Source: Thermoanaerobaculales bacterium (lineage in GTDB: Bacteria > Acidobacteriota > Thermoanaerobaculia > Thermoanaerobaculales > Sulfomarinibacteraceae). From it: a stretch of DNA of 64,000 nucleotides. The notes below the pieces were generated by a model. It was not told the DNA's origin. It was given only the letters and a program-made list of their open reading frames with translations, and did no database searches. Position 1 is the stretch's first letter, and each line of letters starts with the position of its first letter. This document shows, piece by piece, positions 53,801-62,001 of the stretch. The stretch is from NCBI GenBank assembly GCA_025456145.1, contig JALOLD010000008.1:1265-65264 (forward strand), written 5' to 3'. A program made the translations under genes and the position numbers.

Positions 53801-55390
53801 GTCGAGCTCGCCGAGGGGCGCCCCGCTGCCCTCGATCCTCAGCCGGTGGTAGCCGCGATCGGGGATCGTCCCGCCCGCCAGGAAGAGCGAGCGCGCGGCC
53901 CCGGGCCGTGCACGGACGACGCCGTCCACCCCGTCGATGCTCACCATCGGGCGCAGGCTGCGGATCCGGCTCGAGGCGTAGCGGCCGGCAAGCATCTCGA
54001 GGACCAGGTCGAAGTGGCGGCGGGGCAGCCGGTGATAGGGGTCGGCGCGGCGGATCGAGGCGTAGAGCTCGTCGGCCGTCCGGTCGCCCGCCACGACCAT
54101 CGACAGCAGGACCTGGGCGAGCACGTCAAGGGCGTCGGTCACCGGCTCGATCGCCTCGATCTCGCCGTCGACCGCCGCGCGGGCGACCACCGCGGCCTCG
54201 AGGAGGTCGCGCCCGAGCAGCGGCATCAGCCGGGCGCGGCTGGTCTCGCCGACCCGGTGGCCGGCCCGCCCGACCCGCTGCAGCGTCGAGACGACCGATG
54301 GCGGGGTCTGGACGAGAACCACCTCGTCGATGGCGCCGATGTCGATGCCGAGCTCGAGGGAGCTGGTGGCGACGATCGCCCGGAGCTCGCCGCGCTTGAG
54401 GCGGGTCTCGACCTCGGTCCGGATCTCTCGCGACAGCGCGCCGTGGTGCGAGTAGGCGATCCGCTCGGGGCCGGCCTCGTTGATGAAGCGGGCGACCTTC
54501 TCGACCGAGCGCCGCGCGTTGCCGAAGACCAGGGTCGACCGGTTGCCGGCGATCGTCCGTCGCAGCTCGGCGCCGAGGGTGGTCCAGAAGGCGTCGGGCT
54601 CACGCCGGTCCTCCGAGGGCCGGGCGGCCGGTAGGACGACCTCGAGGTCGATGGCCTTGATCGCCTTACTGACCACCACCGAGACCGGACGCGGGCGGTA
54701 CTCGGGGTCGGTCGTGCCGTCGGCCGGGGCCCAGCCGCCGACCCAGGCGGCGATTTGCTCGCGCGGCCGGACGGTGGCCGACAGGGCGATGCGCTGGATC
54801 TCGCCGACCAGCTCGGACAACCGCTCCACCGCGGTGATCAGGTGGACCCCGCGCTTCGACCCGGCGACCGCGTGGACCTCGTCGAGGATGACGCAGCGCA
54901 GCCCGGAGAGGAGGCGACGGCCGCCGATCGAGGCGAGCAGGATGTTGAGCGACTCCGGGGTCGTGACGAGGATCTCGGGCGGCGAGCGCAGCATCCGGCG
55001 CCGGTCGTCGGCCGGCGTGTCGCCGGTCCGGCTTTCGACGCGAACCCGCGGGACCTCGGCGCCACGTCCGGCGAGCTCGGAGGAGATCGCGGTCAACGGC
55101 TCGGTCAGGTTGCGCCGGATGTCGGTGCCGAGGGCCTTGAGGGGCGACACGTAGAGCACGCGGACGCCGCCGGTCTCCCAGGCGCCGGTGAGCAGACGGT
55201 CGATCGCGCAGAGGAAGGCGGCGAAGGTCTTGCCGCTGCCGGTCGGGGCGCAGAGCAGGACGTGATCGCCGGCAGCGATGTGAGGCCACGCCGCGGTCTG
55301 GATCTCGGTCGGCGTGCCGATCGACCGTGAGAACCACTCGGCGATGGGCGCCGAGAAGGCTCGGAGGGAGGGATCGGGCGAGGAGGTCAT
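50897..55390 (-). CDS. lhr: Lhr-family large ATP-dependent helicase (long form with C-terminal extension)
   Basis: APTGSGKT, DEVH, SATV, HHGALS, and the RVGRAGH motif VI. About 1497 aa, as in long Lhr proteins. Confidence 0.88.
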   Translation of the reverse strand: MTSSPDPSLRAFSAPIAEWFSRSIGTPTEIQTAAWPHIAAGDHVLLCAPTGSGKTFAAFLCAIDRLLTGAWETGGVRVLYVSPLKALGTDIRRNLTEPLTAISSELAGRGAEVPRVRVESRTGDTPADDRRRMLRSPPEILVTTPESLNILLASIGGRRLLSGLRCVILDEVHAVAGSKRGVHLITAVERLSELVGEIQRIALSATVRPREQIAAWVGGWAPADGTTDPEYRPRPVSVVVSKAIKAIDLEVVLPAARPSEDRREPDAFWTTLGAELRRTIAGNRSTLVFGNARRSVEKVARFINEAGPERIAYSHHGALSREIRTEVETRLKRGELRAIVATSSLELGIDIGAIDEVVLVQTPPSVVSTLQRVGRAGHRVGETSRARLMPLLGRDLLEAAVVARAAVDGEIEAIEPVTDALDVLAQVLLSMVVAGDRTADELYASIRRADPYHRLPRRHFDLVLEMLAGRYASSRIRSLRPMVSIDGVDGVVRARPGAARSLFLAGGTIPDRGYHRLRIEGSGAPLGELDEEFVWERSVGDTFTLGVQTWRVERITHNDVFVTPTPARSAMAPFWRAEELDRSSFVAERMAELLEAVDARLGEPELAAELRRSYRLDAAAAAELVRHLRAQREATGCLPHRHRVIVEHTSPPAGRGDYRQLVLHTLWGGRVNRPFAIALSAAWEARYGARPEIAHSADCVVLVHPATIDVGDPFELVAVERLDDLLRSGLERSGFFGARFREAAGRALLLPRAAPGKRVPLWVSRQRSKELLEAVRRHDDFPIVLEAWRTCLRDEFELDVLRRRLDEVADGRAVVRHVATETPSPFSAQVAWKQTNQLMYEDDTPTVGSGARADLVREIALAEHLRPRIPAGLAAELGERLQRLAPGWSPRGPDELLEWLKERVLIPLDEWRALLEAIDRDHRAPASESAASVAHRVVIVGVGRDRAVVCPVEGLARVARALGRELTDRDLRPITGADPPAEAIEQARQRVVASETDDTDQPAGLGELASLLGEWLRFYPPVDPAWVGRCLGLEPPDLEMAIGELEAAQEVVVGELVEGVGGPQVCDRENLERLLRRARSEARPELEPVDARALPLLLAGHQGLGARDAAPEDLEQALERLFGLPLPVELWETEIFPARLDPYHPEWLDGLLGTSDLRWVGAGNGKVMFALETELGALRIAPEAPDDGTPAAAILPYPAGRFTFDELVRGSGLDSGRLTRRLWRAAWAGEVSSDTFDALRSGLAAGFAASPPGSATVTRGRGRRAGLDRWRRDRPFTGAWFALPEIGDGDDDDILQRQDEALDRARVVLDRYGIVFRALLEREPSELRWSRLFRALRLLELAGEIVAGRFIEGVDGLQFASHEAVRRLREGLDEDLVWWVNAIDPASPCGLGLEGAPWDLPRRVPGNHLVFHGRRLVIVSVRRGAELTIAPPPDDPGLAGYLDFLAVRLGRRARPMSRIDIETINGEPAPASPYREVLARRFHVTRQPSSLRLARKY

Positions 55391-55417
55391 CGGGACCGTT
55401 GGAGGCGGTGAGTCAAG

Positions 55418-55518
55418 ATCGTCGATTGTGAATGGTGCGGGGTGAACGATGCCACGGCCGGGCTCTCGACGCATCCTCCGGCCGATGGCGACGTCGATTC
55501 ATCATTCATCATTCAGCG
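55418..55518. repeat. family-B element (copy B2), left arm degenerate
   Basis: The right arm GATTCATCATTCATCATTCAGCG is identical in core to B1. The left arm TGTGAATGGTGCGGGGTGAACGATG is decayed. Lies between the lhr start and the upstream gene's stop. Confidence 0.6.
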
Positions 55519-55525
55519 TCGGTCC

Positions 55526-55948
55526 TCACCAGTCGGGCCAGGCCTTGCGCAGCCAGGTGCGGACGACGGCGTCGCGCTGCTCGAGCAGCTCCGGAGTTGC
55601 GGTCTCGATCGCCCGCGCTTCGATCTCCCACCTCCTGAAGTAGGCGGCGATGGCGAGGATGACGACCGCCGGGACGACGACGAAGAGCACGTCGGTGGGA
55701 TAGAGGACCTCGGCCACGATCCCGGCGACGACGATGACGACCGGTGCGGACAGCAGGACGATCTGGATCAGCGCCGCTCGCATCTGATCCGCGACCAGCG
55801 CCTTGAACCTGAACAGATCGAGGTCCGAGGCCAGCCGCTGTTTGGCTAGGACGAAACGTCGCAGACGGAGGCCGAACCAGAAGGAGTTGAGGGCCGCTGT
55901 GGTCGCGAAGCCCAGCGCGGCGGCGATGAGGGCTGTCCGGAGATCCAT
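55526..55948 (-). CDS. small membrane protein, unknown function
   Basis: 140 aa with 3 hydrophobic helices (ALIAAALGFATTAALNSFWF, IQIVLLSAPVVIVVAGIVAEVL, VLFVVVPAVVILAIAAYF). No family recognised. Confidence 0.55.
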   Translation of the reverse strand: MDLRTALIAAALGFATTAALNSFWFGLRLRRFVLAKQRLASDLDLFRFKALVADQMRAALIQIVLLSAPVVIVVAGIVAEVLYPTDVLFVVVPAVVILAIAAYFRRWEIEARAIETATPELLEQRDAVVRTWLRKAWPDW

Positions 55949-56047
55949 GGTGGGAGTATATCGGTACCCCGGCCGGACGGCCCCGTGGCTGCGGCCGGAC
56001 CGCGCCGGGCGCGGGGAGAGGTGGGGGACGGCGCCCCCTCTACCTCC

Positions 56048-58447
56048 TCAGCCGAAGAACTCGCGTACCGCCGCTGCCGGGTCGGGGTGGACGAGCGACT
56101 GTGGGTCCTCGTCGTCGAGCCACTCCTCGGGGAGCAGGCGGGCGTATCGGGGGTCGAGGAAGCGGCGGCCGACCAGGGTGATGACGCCGCGGTCGGTGTC
56201 GGAACGGATCAGCCTCCCCGCCGCCTGGACGACCCGGGTCATCCCCGGGATCAGGTAGGCATAGCCGAAGCCGTGGCCGTAGGTCTCCTGGTAGTAGGCC
56301 TTGAGGAGCTCGCGCTCGAGGTTGAACTGGGGCAGGCCCGGCGACACGACCACGACCTGCGAGAGCATCCGCCCGGGGTAGTCGACCCCTTCGGCAAAGA
56401 CCCCGCCGAGCACCGCGAGGACGATGTGGGGCCGGCCGTTGCCGAGGGCCTCGATGACGGTGCGCTGGTCGGCGTCGCTGCTCGACGGTCGCTGGGCGAG
56501 CACCGTATGGCCGGTCGCCGGCAGCCGGTCGTGGATCGCCTCGAGGAAGGCGTAGCTCGGGAACAGCGCGAGGACGTTGGCGTGGGGGTGGGCGAGCCGG
56601 CCGATCCACGATGCGATCCGGTCGTAGTGGGCGCTGCGCCGACGCCAGGTGGTGTCGACGTCGTCGATCACCTGGACCAGACGGTTCTCGGACGGGAACG
56701 GGGAACGGATATAGCACGAGTCGGTCCGGTGGGGGTCGAAGCCGAGCAGCTCGCGGTAGAAGTCGAAGGGCTCGAGGGTCGCCGACATCGCGACGACCCC
56801 CGCCGACTCCTCGAGGATCTCGCCGACGAAGCGCGAGGCGTCGAGGCAGTAGATCCGAAGGGTGCGGCCGCCGAGGTCATCCCGTCGGGCGAGGTGGACG
56901 AACTCCTCGCCGCCGAGCGACAGCACCCGGTGGAAGTGGGTCAGGGCGAAGAACAGGTCGAGGACCGGGTCGTCGGCGATCCACAGCTCGTGCTCGCGTT
57001 TGTAGAGGAAGTAGGAGAGCATCGCTCCGTCGAAGGCGATCCGCAGATCCGAGGTCGCCCGTTCGTCGAACCGGGTCTGCGCCTCGCCGGGGCGGTCGTC
57101 GTCGAAGGCCCCGTCGACCGTCGCGACGACCAGCCCGCCGAGCTCGCGGACCAGGGCGGCGAGGGTGTCGAACACGGCGTTCGAGCGTGAGCCCAGGTAC
57201 TCGAGGGCCCGGTCGACCTGCTCCGAGGCGAGGGCTGGCGAGTAGTACTCGCGGCTCCGGTCGACCAGGTTGTGGGCCTCGTCGATCACCAGCACGGCGT
57301 TGCGCAGCGCCCCCTCGTTGAGGACCGCCCCGAGACCGATGACCGGGTCGAAGACATAGTTGTAGTCGCAGACCACGAGGTCGACGTGGGGCAGCAGGTC
57401 GAGGCTGACCTCGAAGGGGCAGACCTCGTGGTTGCGGGCCGCGTCGAAGAGCTCGTCGGGGTCCTGGTGGTCGCTGTCGCCGAGCAGGCTCTCGACGAGC
57501 TGGCTGCGGACCAGCTTGAGGCCGTAGTCCTTGGCGTAGGGGCAGTACTCCTCGTGGCAGATCATCTCGGTGTTGGCGCACATCTTGCCCTTGGCCCGGA
57601 GCTGGAGGCTGCGGAACAGCCCGTCCTGCATGGCGCGGACGGTGTCGACCGCGATCCGTTGCTGGAGGGTCTTGGCGGTGAGGAAGAACAGCCGGTGACC
57701 CTGGGCCAGCGCGGAGCGGAGCGCCGGGTGGAGCACCGCGGCGGTCTTGCCGCTGCCGGTCGGCGCGCGGAGCAGCAGGTGGCGGTTGGCGCCGATCGCG
57801 TCGCTCACCCGCTCGACGATCCCGGCCTGGGCGGGTCTCATCTCGGGGTGGGGGAAGGGCACGAGGTCGGCGGCGGCGCGCAGCTCCGCGAGCCTCGCCA
57901 GCCGGCGCTGCTCGCGGGCGACGAGCCGGTGGAGCTGGCGCCTGAGCCAGCCCCGGACCTCGTCGGCCGACCACTCGACCTCCTCGACGAGCTCCTCGGT
58001 CGTGACGATGTCGACGAGGATCAGCCTGAGGGCGGGAGGCGGGCCCTCGCCGGCGAGCATCAAGGCGTAGAGCGAGGCCTGGCGGCGGAACCGGTCGAGG
58101 CGCTCCTCGACATAGAGCTGGTGGAGGTCGACGGCGAAGTGGAGGGTCTTGATCTCGTCGACCCGAAGGGCTCGCCCATCGGGGTCGAAGACCACCCCGT
58201 CGGCACGGCCGACGAGCCGAAGGGTCCAGCCGTCGATCGCGAGCTCGGACTCGACCGGGACCTCCGCGCGAAAGCCGGGATCGGCCGTCTGGAGGTCCTC
58301 CTGGACCCGCCGGTGGAGCTCGGCGCCGATCCACAGCCGCGACAGACCGGTGCCCGACAACCCGATGGCCCGGCCGGTCTCCTCGCCGAGCAGCTCGCCG
58401 ACGCCCGCCGTGACGAGCCGGCGTTCGAGGTCGATGGTCAGGGTCAT
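56048..58447 (-). CDS. DinG/XPD(Rad3)-family FeS helicase with N-terminal PD-(D/E)XK nuclease-like domain
   Basis: N-terminus GRADGV...VDEIKT (a D..E.K nuclease motif). Helicase motifs APTGSGKT and VIDEAHNL. A 4-Cys FeS insert CANTEMICHEEYCPYAKDY. C-terminal helicase_C_2 motifs (GVFAEGVDYPG). Confidence 0.85.
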   Translation of the reverse strand: MTLTIDLERRLVTAGVGELLGEETGRAIGLSGTGLSRLWIGAELHRRVQEDLQTADPGFRAEVPVESELAIDGWTLRLVGRADGVVFDPDGRALRVDEIKTLHFAVDLHQLYVEERLDRFRRQASLYALMLAGEGPPPALRLILVDIVTTEELVEEVEWSADEVRGWLRRQLHRLVAREQRRLARLAELRAAADLVPFPHPEMRPAQAGIVERVSDAIGANRHLLLRAPTGSGKTAAVLHPALRSALAQGHRLFFLTAKTLQQRIAVDTVRAMQDGLFRSLQLRAKGKMCANTEMICHEEYCPYAKDYGLKLVRSQLVESLLGDSDHQDPDELFDAARNHEVCPFEVSLDLLPHVDLVVCDYNYVFDPVIGLGAVLNEGALRNAVLVIDEAHNLVDRSREYYSPALASEQVDRALEYLGSRSNAVFDTLAALVRELGGLVVATVDGAFDDDRPGEAQTRFDERATSDLRIAFDGAMLSYFLYKREHELWIADDPVLDLFFALTHFHRVLSLGGEEFVHLARRDDLGGRTLRIYCLDASRFVGEILEESAGVVAMSATLEPFDFYRELLGFDPHRTDSCYIRSPFPSENRLVQVIDDVDTTWRRRSAHYDRIASWIGRLAHPHANVLALFPSYAFLEAIHDRLPATGHTVLAQRPSSSDADQRTVIEALGNGRPHIVLAVLGGVFAEGVDYPGRMLSQVVVVSPGLPQFNLERELLKAYYQETYGHGFGYAYLIPGMTRVVQAAGRLIRSDTDRGVITLVGRRFLDPRYARLLPEEWLDDEDPQSLVHPDPAAAVREFFG

Positions 58448-59172
58448 TCAGACCGACGTCGCCGCACCAGGTAGGCGATCAGCACCACTGCCACCGCGCC
58501 GGCCGCGACGAAGAAGGGGAGACCGGGCCAGCGATCGCGCAGGCGGGGCCGGTAGGCGATCTCGGGGTCGATGACGACGCTGTCGACGACGGCGTCGAAG
58601 GTCGCACGGTCGGCCTCGATCCGGCGGGTCCGATCGACCCAACGGAGGATGACCAGACCGCGCTCGGTGAGGAAGGCCGCGGTGAGGACCCGCACCGGTC
58701 CGCGGACCTTGAGGTCGAGGGCGTGCTCGAGGCGCAGGCACATCCGCGCCCGATCGAACCCGACCTGCTCGAGCGTGACGCCCAGGACGAGGGGGGGCAG
58801 GGCGTTCGGCACGGCCCGGCCGGCGCGATCCCGCAGCTCGGCCAGCGAGCGGTCTCCGAGGAAGCTGGCGTAGCTCAGCCTTCCCCCTTCGACGATCTGG
58901 ACGAGCAGGTGGGGAAGCCACGGGTCGGCGCCGCGATCCACCGGACGGTAGCCGTGCTGGAAGACCTCGACCGAGCGGCCGTCGGTGATCTCGGCGACCC
59001 ACATCGAGAGCTCCTCGAGACGGTCGGGGGGGATCTCCTCCCAGCCCGCGGGGAGGGTCATCGAGGCGAGGCCGCCGTACAGGGCGGTGACCCGGTCCGG
59101 GGGTGTGGCGTCGGAAAGCGCCGCCGCGCCGACGACCGTGGCGATCGCGAGAGTGACGGTCAGCCTCGACAC
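58444..59172 (-). CDS. hypothetical exported protein with C-terminal TM anchor
   Basis: Signal peptide MSRLTVTLAIATVVGAAALSDA. C-terminal helix LPFFVAAGAVAVVLIAYLV followed by RRRRSE. Its stop overlaps the helicase ATG (ATGA). Confidence 0.6.
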   Translation of the reverse strand: MSRLTVTLAIATVVGAAALSDATPPDRVTALYGGLASMTLPAGWEEIPPDRLEELSMWVAEITDGRSVEVFQHGYRPVDRGADPWLPHLLVQIVEGGRLSYASFLGDRSLAELRDRAGRAVPNALPPLVLGVTLEQVGFDRARMCLRLEHALDLKVRGPVRVLTAAFLTERGLVILRWVDRTRRIEADRATFDAVVDSVVIDPEIAYRPRLRDRWPGLPFFVAAGAVAVVLIAYLVRRRRSE

Positions 59173-59252
59173 GCCATCACCCTAGCACCACTGCCGGTGT
59201 TTGGCATGGTCTGAAATCTGCTATCTTCAACATCAGGAGTGGAATCAGGACG

Positions 59253-61106
59253 ATGACGGACGATCTCAGGGGTGTTGGCGATCGCGGAGCGGGAGACGGC
59301 GATCTCATCGAGCTCGACCTCAACTTCGAGAGCATGAGGCGGTTCCAGGCGGAGTTCTCGCCGAACCTCTCGGCTGACGGTCTGTTCATCGACACCGGCG
59401 AGCCTCTCCCGCCGGGCGCGGTCGTCCGCTTCCGGGTCATCCTGCCGGAAGGCTTCGTGCTCCTCGAGGGCACCGCGGTGGTCGAGTGGAACCGCCAGGC
59501 CGACGCGGTCACCGACGGCCCACCGGGCATGGCCCTGAGGTTCGTCACCCTGTCGCCGCAGAACCAGGAGCTGGTCGAGCAGCTCGTTCAGGACCACCTC
59601 GACGCGGGCGGGGTTCCGTTCAACCTCGACGTCCGTCCGGCGCCGGCGGACTTTCCGACCGACGCGCTCGAGGGCGCTCCCGACAGCGGCGTCGACAATC
59701 TCGACGAGGGCTACCGCCTGACCATCCGGAGGGCCGGGATCGGCGACGACGCCGAGGCGCTGCGCGCCCTCGCCGCGGCGATGCCGACCGAGATCGTCCA
59801 CACGCCCCCGTCCGATTCCGGCGAAGGCCAGGAGGCGGCGGAACCGCACGGCTTCGAGATCCTGACCGCGCCGCGCTGGACCGAGGTCGAGCCTCCGGCC
59901 GTAGACGGAGAGGTGCAGCCTGGCGAGGCCGAGGCCGGTGGCCCGGACCAACCCCTCATCGCCGAGCCGGTGGCCGTCGGGATCGGCGACCCGCCCGAGC
60001 TCGACTGGGCGGACGACGAGCCCTCCAGCGCCGTCCGCCGGGCCGTCGAGGTCGAGCCGCCCGCCGCGGAGATGTTCCCGCCTCCGGTCTGGAGACCGTC
60101 CGCCCCCGGGTGGGCGCCTCGGAGCGCCGCCGGCGCCGAACCGCCGTCGCCACACTCCGGATCCGCACACTCCGACGTGCTGCCGACCCCGGTGGAGTTC
60201 GACGGCGGTCCCGAGGTCATCGGCGAGATCGGCGGCGAGCTTGGCAGCCCCGCCTTCGACGTCAGCCTGCCCGAGCCCGACGACGGTGCGGACTCGACCC
60301 CGGTGATGCCCGACGAGGGGCGCGACGAGATCACGGTGCCCGAGGACGACGACCGGAGCCCCGATGGGCGGAGGCGACGTTGGCCATGGGCGGTGGCGGC
60401 GCTCTTCCTGGTCGCCCTGGCGGGCGGGCTGCTCTGGCCCGGGATCCGGGATCGGCTCGAGCCCAGGACGCCCCCGCCGTCGACGATTCCGGCGAGCGCG
60501 GCCGCGAACCCGGACGACGTCGCGCCGACCGTCGCCACCGAGCCGGTTGAGGTCGCCGATCAGGCAACCGGAGGAGCGCCCGCCACGACCGGCGAGAGCG
60601 CCCCAGGGGGCGAGTTGACGGATCTCGAAGCGGGCGAGAGCCGGCCGGAGGTTTCCTCCGGCGAGCCCGCGGAGGAGCCGCAGGGTTCTGACGCGGAGAC
60701 CGGCGAGGCGCCGGCTGAGACCGCGGCCCCGCCGGCCGAGCCCCCGACCCCGGCGCCGGCGATGCCGCCGGCCGACGCCATCGTCTCGATCGAGGTGACC
60801 GCCGGGTCGGGCGGCGCGATCGTCGAGATCCGCGGCAACGGCAGCCTCGGGGACGGCGCGGTTTCGGTCGAGCCCTTGACCTCGCCGCCGCGGCTCCTGG
60901 TCCGGCTTCGCGGGATCGCCTCGCCGTACCGGCCGTACACGCTGGGCTCGACCGCACCCGAGGTGTCGGGGCTGAGGATCGGCCACCACGCCGAGCGACG
61001 GCCGCCCGAGCTCTGGGTGGTGGTCGACCTGGCGGACGCCGGGGCCGTGGCCCGCACCATCGACATCGGCGGGGACCGGGTCCGTCTCGACATCGGCCGA
61101 CCCTGA
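59253..61106 (+). CDS. PilZ-like (TIGR02266-type) N-terminal domain, long P/A/E-rich linker with one TM helix, C-terminal AMIN-like domain
   Basis: FSPNLSADGLFIDTGEPLPPGAVVRFRVILP...GMALRFV (PilZ-like). TM WPWAVAALFLVALAGGLLW. C-terminus IVSIEV...PPRLLVRLRGI...VSGLRIGHH...LWVVVDL (AMIN-like). Confidence 0.65.
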   Translation: MTDDLRGVGDRGAGDGDLIELDLNFESMRRFQAEFSPNLSADGLFIDTGEPLPPGAVVRFRVILPEGFVLLEGTAVVEWNRQADAVTDGPPGMALRFVTLSPQNQELVEQLVQDHLDAGGVPFNLDVRPAPADFPTDALEGAPDSGVDNLDEGYRLTIRRAGIGDDAEALRALAAAMPTEIVHTPPSDSGEGQEAAEPHGFEILTAPRWTEVEPPAVDGEVQPGEAEAGGPDQPLIAEPVAVGIGDPPELDWADDEPSSAVRRAVEVEPPAAEMFPPPVWRPSAPGWAPRSAAGAEPPSPHSGSAHSDVLPTPVEFDGGPEVIGEIGGELGSPAFDVSLPEPDDGADSTPVMPDEGRDEITVPEDDDRSPDGRRRRWPWAVAALFLVALAGGLLWPGIRDRLEPRTPPPSTIPASAAANPDDVAPTVATEPVEVADQATGGAPATTGESAPGGELTDLEAGESRPEVSSGEPAEEPQGSDAETGEAPAETAAPPAEPPTPAPAMPPADAIVSIEVTAGSGGAIVEIRGNGSLGDGAVSVEPLTSPPRLLVRLRGIASPYRPYTLGSTAPEVSGLRIGHHAERRPPELWVVVDLADAGAVARTIDIGGDRVRLDIGRP

Positions 61107-61122
61107 TCCGGTTGGCGCGCTC

Positions 61123-61968
61123 ATGGGCCTCGGCCTCTGCTTCTTCGCGTCGGACCTGCACGGACGGGAGGAGCGGTACGACGCCCTCTTCGGGGCGATC
61201 CGCCGAGAGCGGCCCGCGGCGGTCCTGCTCGGGGGCGATCTGCTGCCGCACCGGTGGACCAGGTCGGGGGGCGGTCTCGCAGCCCTCGGCGATGGCGCCC
61301 GAAGGCTGCGCCGGGAGCTCGGCGAGGGTGCGCCGCGGATCCTGCTGATCCTCGGCAACGACGACGAGCGGGCGGCCGAGCCCGACGTGGTCGCCGGGGC
61401 GGGCGAGGGGCTGTGGGAGTACGTCCACTCTCGGGTCGTACCGCTCGGCGACCACCGGCTCGTCGGCTACTCCTTCGTCCCGCCGACGCCCTTCCTGCTC
61501 AAGGACTGGGAGCGGTACGACGTGGCCCGCTTCGTCGACCCCGGCTGCGTCCCTCCCGACGAGGGCTATCGCTCGGTGGAGGTCGACCACGCCGAGATCG
61601 TCGACCGGACGATCGCGGGCGATCTCGCCGAGCTGACGGAGGGGCTCGACGGCGACCGGCTGGTGCTGCTCGCCCACTCGCCGCCCTACCGCACGGCTCT
61701 CGACCGGGCCGCCCTCGACGGCCGGATGGTCGACGGCGCCCCCCTCGACCCGCACGTCGGCTCGATCGCGATCCGCCGGTTCATCGAGGATCGCCAGCCG
61801 GTGCTGACGCTGCACGGCCACATCCACGAGTCGGCGCGGATCACCGGCGCCTGGCGCGACAGGATCGGCCGGACCCACTGCCTGAGCGCCGCCCACGACG
61901 GTCCCGGGCTGGCCCTGGTCCGGTTCGACCTCGACGACCTCGATGGCGCGACCCGCGAGCTGGTGTGA
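61123..61968 (+). CDS. calcineurin-like metallophosphoesterase
   Basis: FFASDLHG, LLGGDL, ILGNDD, LAHSPP, TLHGHIHES. Confidence 0.8.
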   Translation: MGLGLCFFASDLHGREERYDALFGAIRRERPAAVLLGGDLLPHRWTRSGGGLAALGDGARRLRRELGEGAPRILLILGNDDERAAEPDVVAGAGEGLWEYVHSRVVPLGDHRLVGYSFVPPTPFLLKDWERYDVARFVDPGCVPPDEGYRSVEVDHAEIVDRTIAGDLAELTEGLDGDRLVLLAHSPPYRTALDRAALDGRMVDGAPLDPHVGSIAIRRFIEDRQPVLTLHGHIHESARITGAWRDRIGRTHCLSAAHDGPGLALVRFDLDDLDGATRELV

Positions 61969-62001
61969 CGCCTGACGGCGGGGCGCGTCCGGTGACGGCC
62001 T

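Noticed and set aside
59195-59225. Sigma-54 promoter (TGGCAT...) upstream of the PilZ/AMIN gene
   Set aside because: No GC dinucleotide lies at the required 10-nt distance from the GG. The element does not fit TGGCAC-N5-TTGCW.
61123-61968. Mycobacterial-type lhr-mpe operon
   Set aside because: The metallophosphoesterase is about 6 kb from lhr, on the opposite strand, and separated by five genes. It is not the lhr-mpe arrangement.
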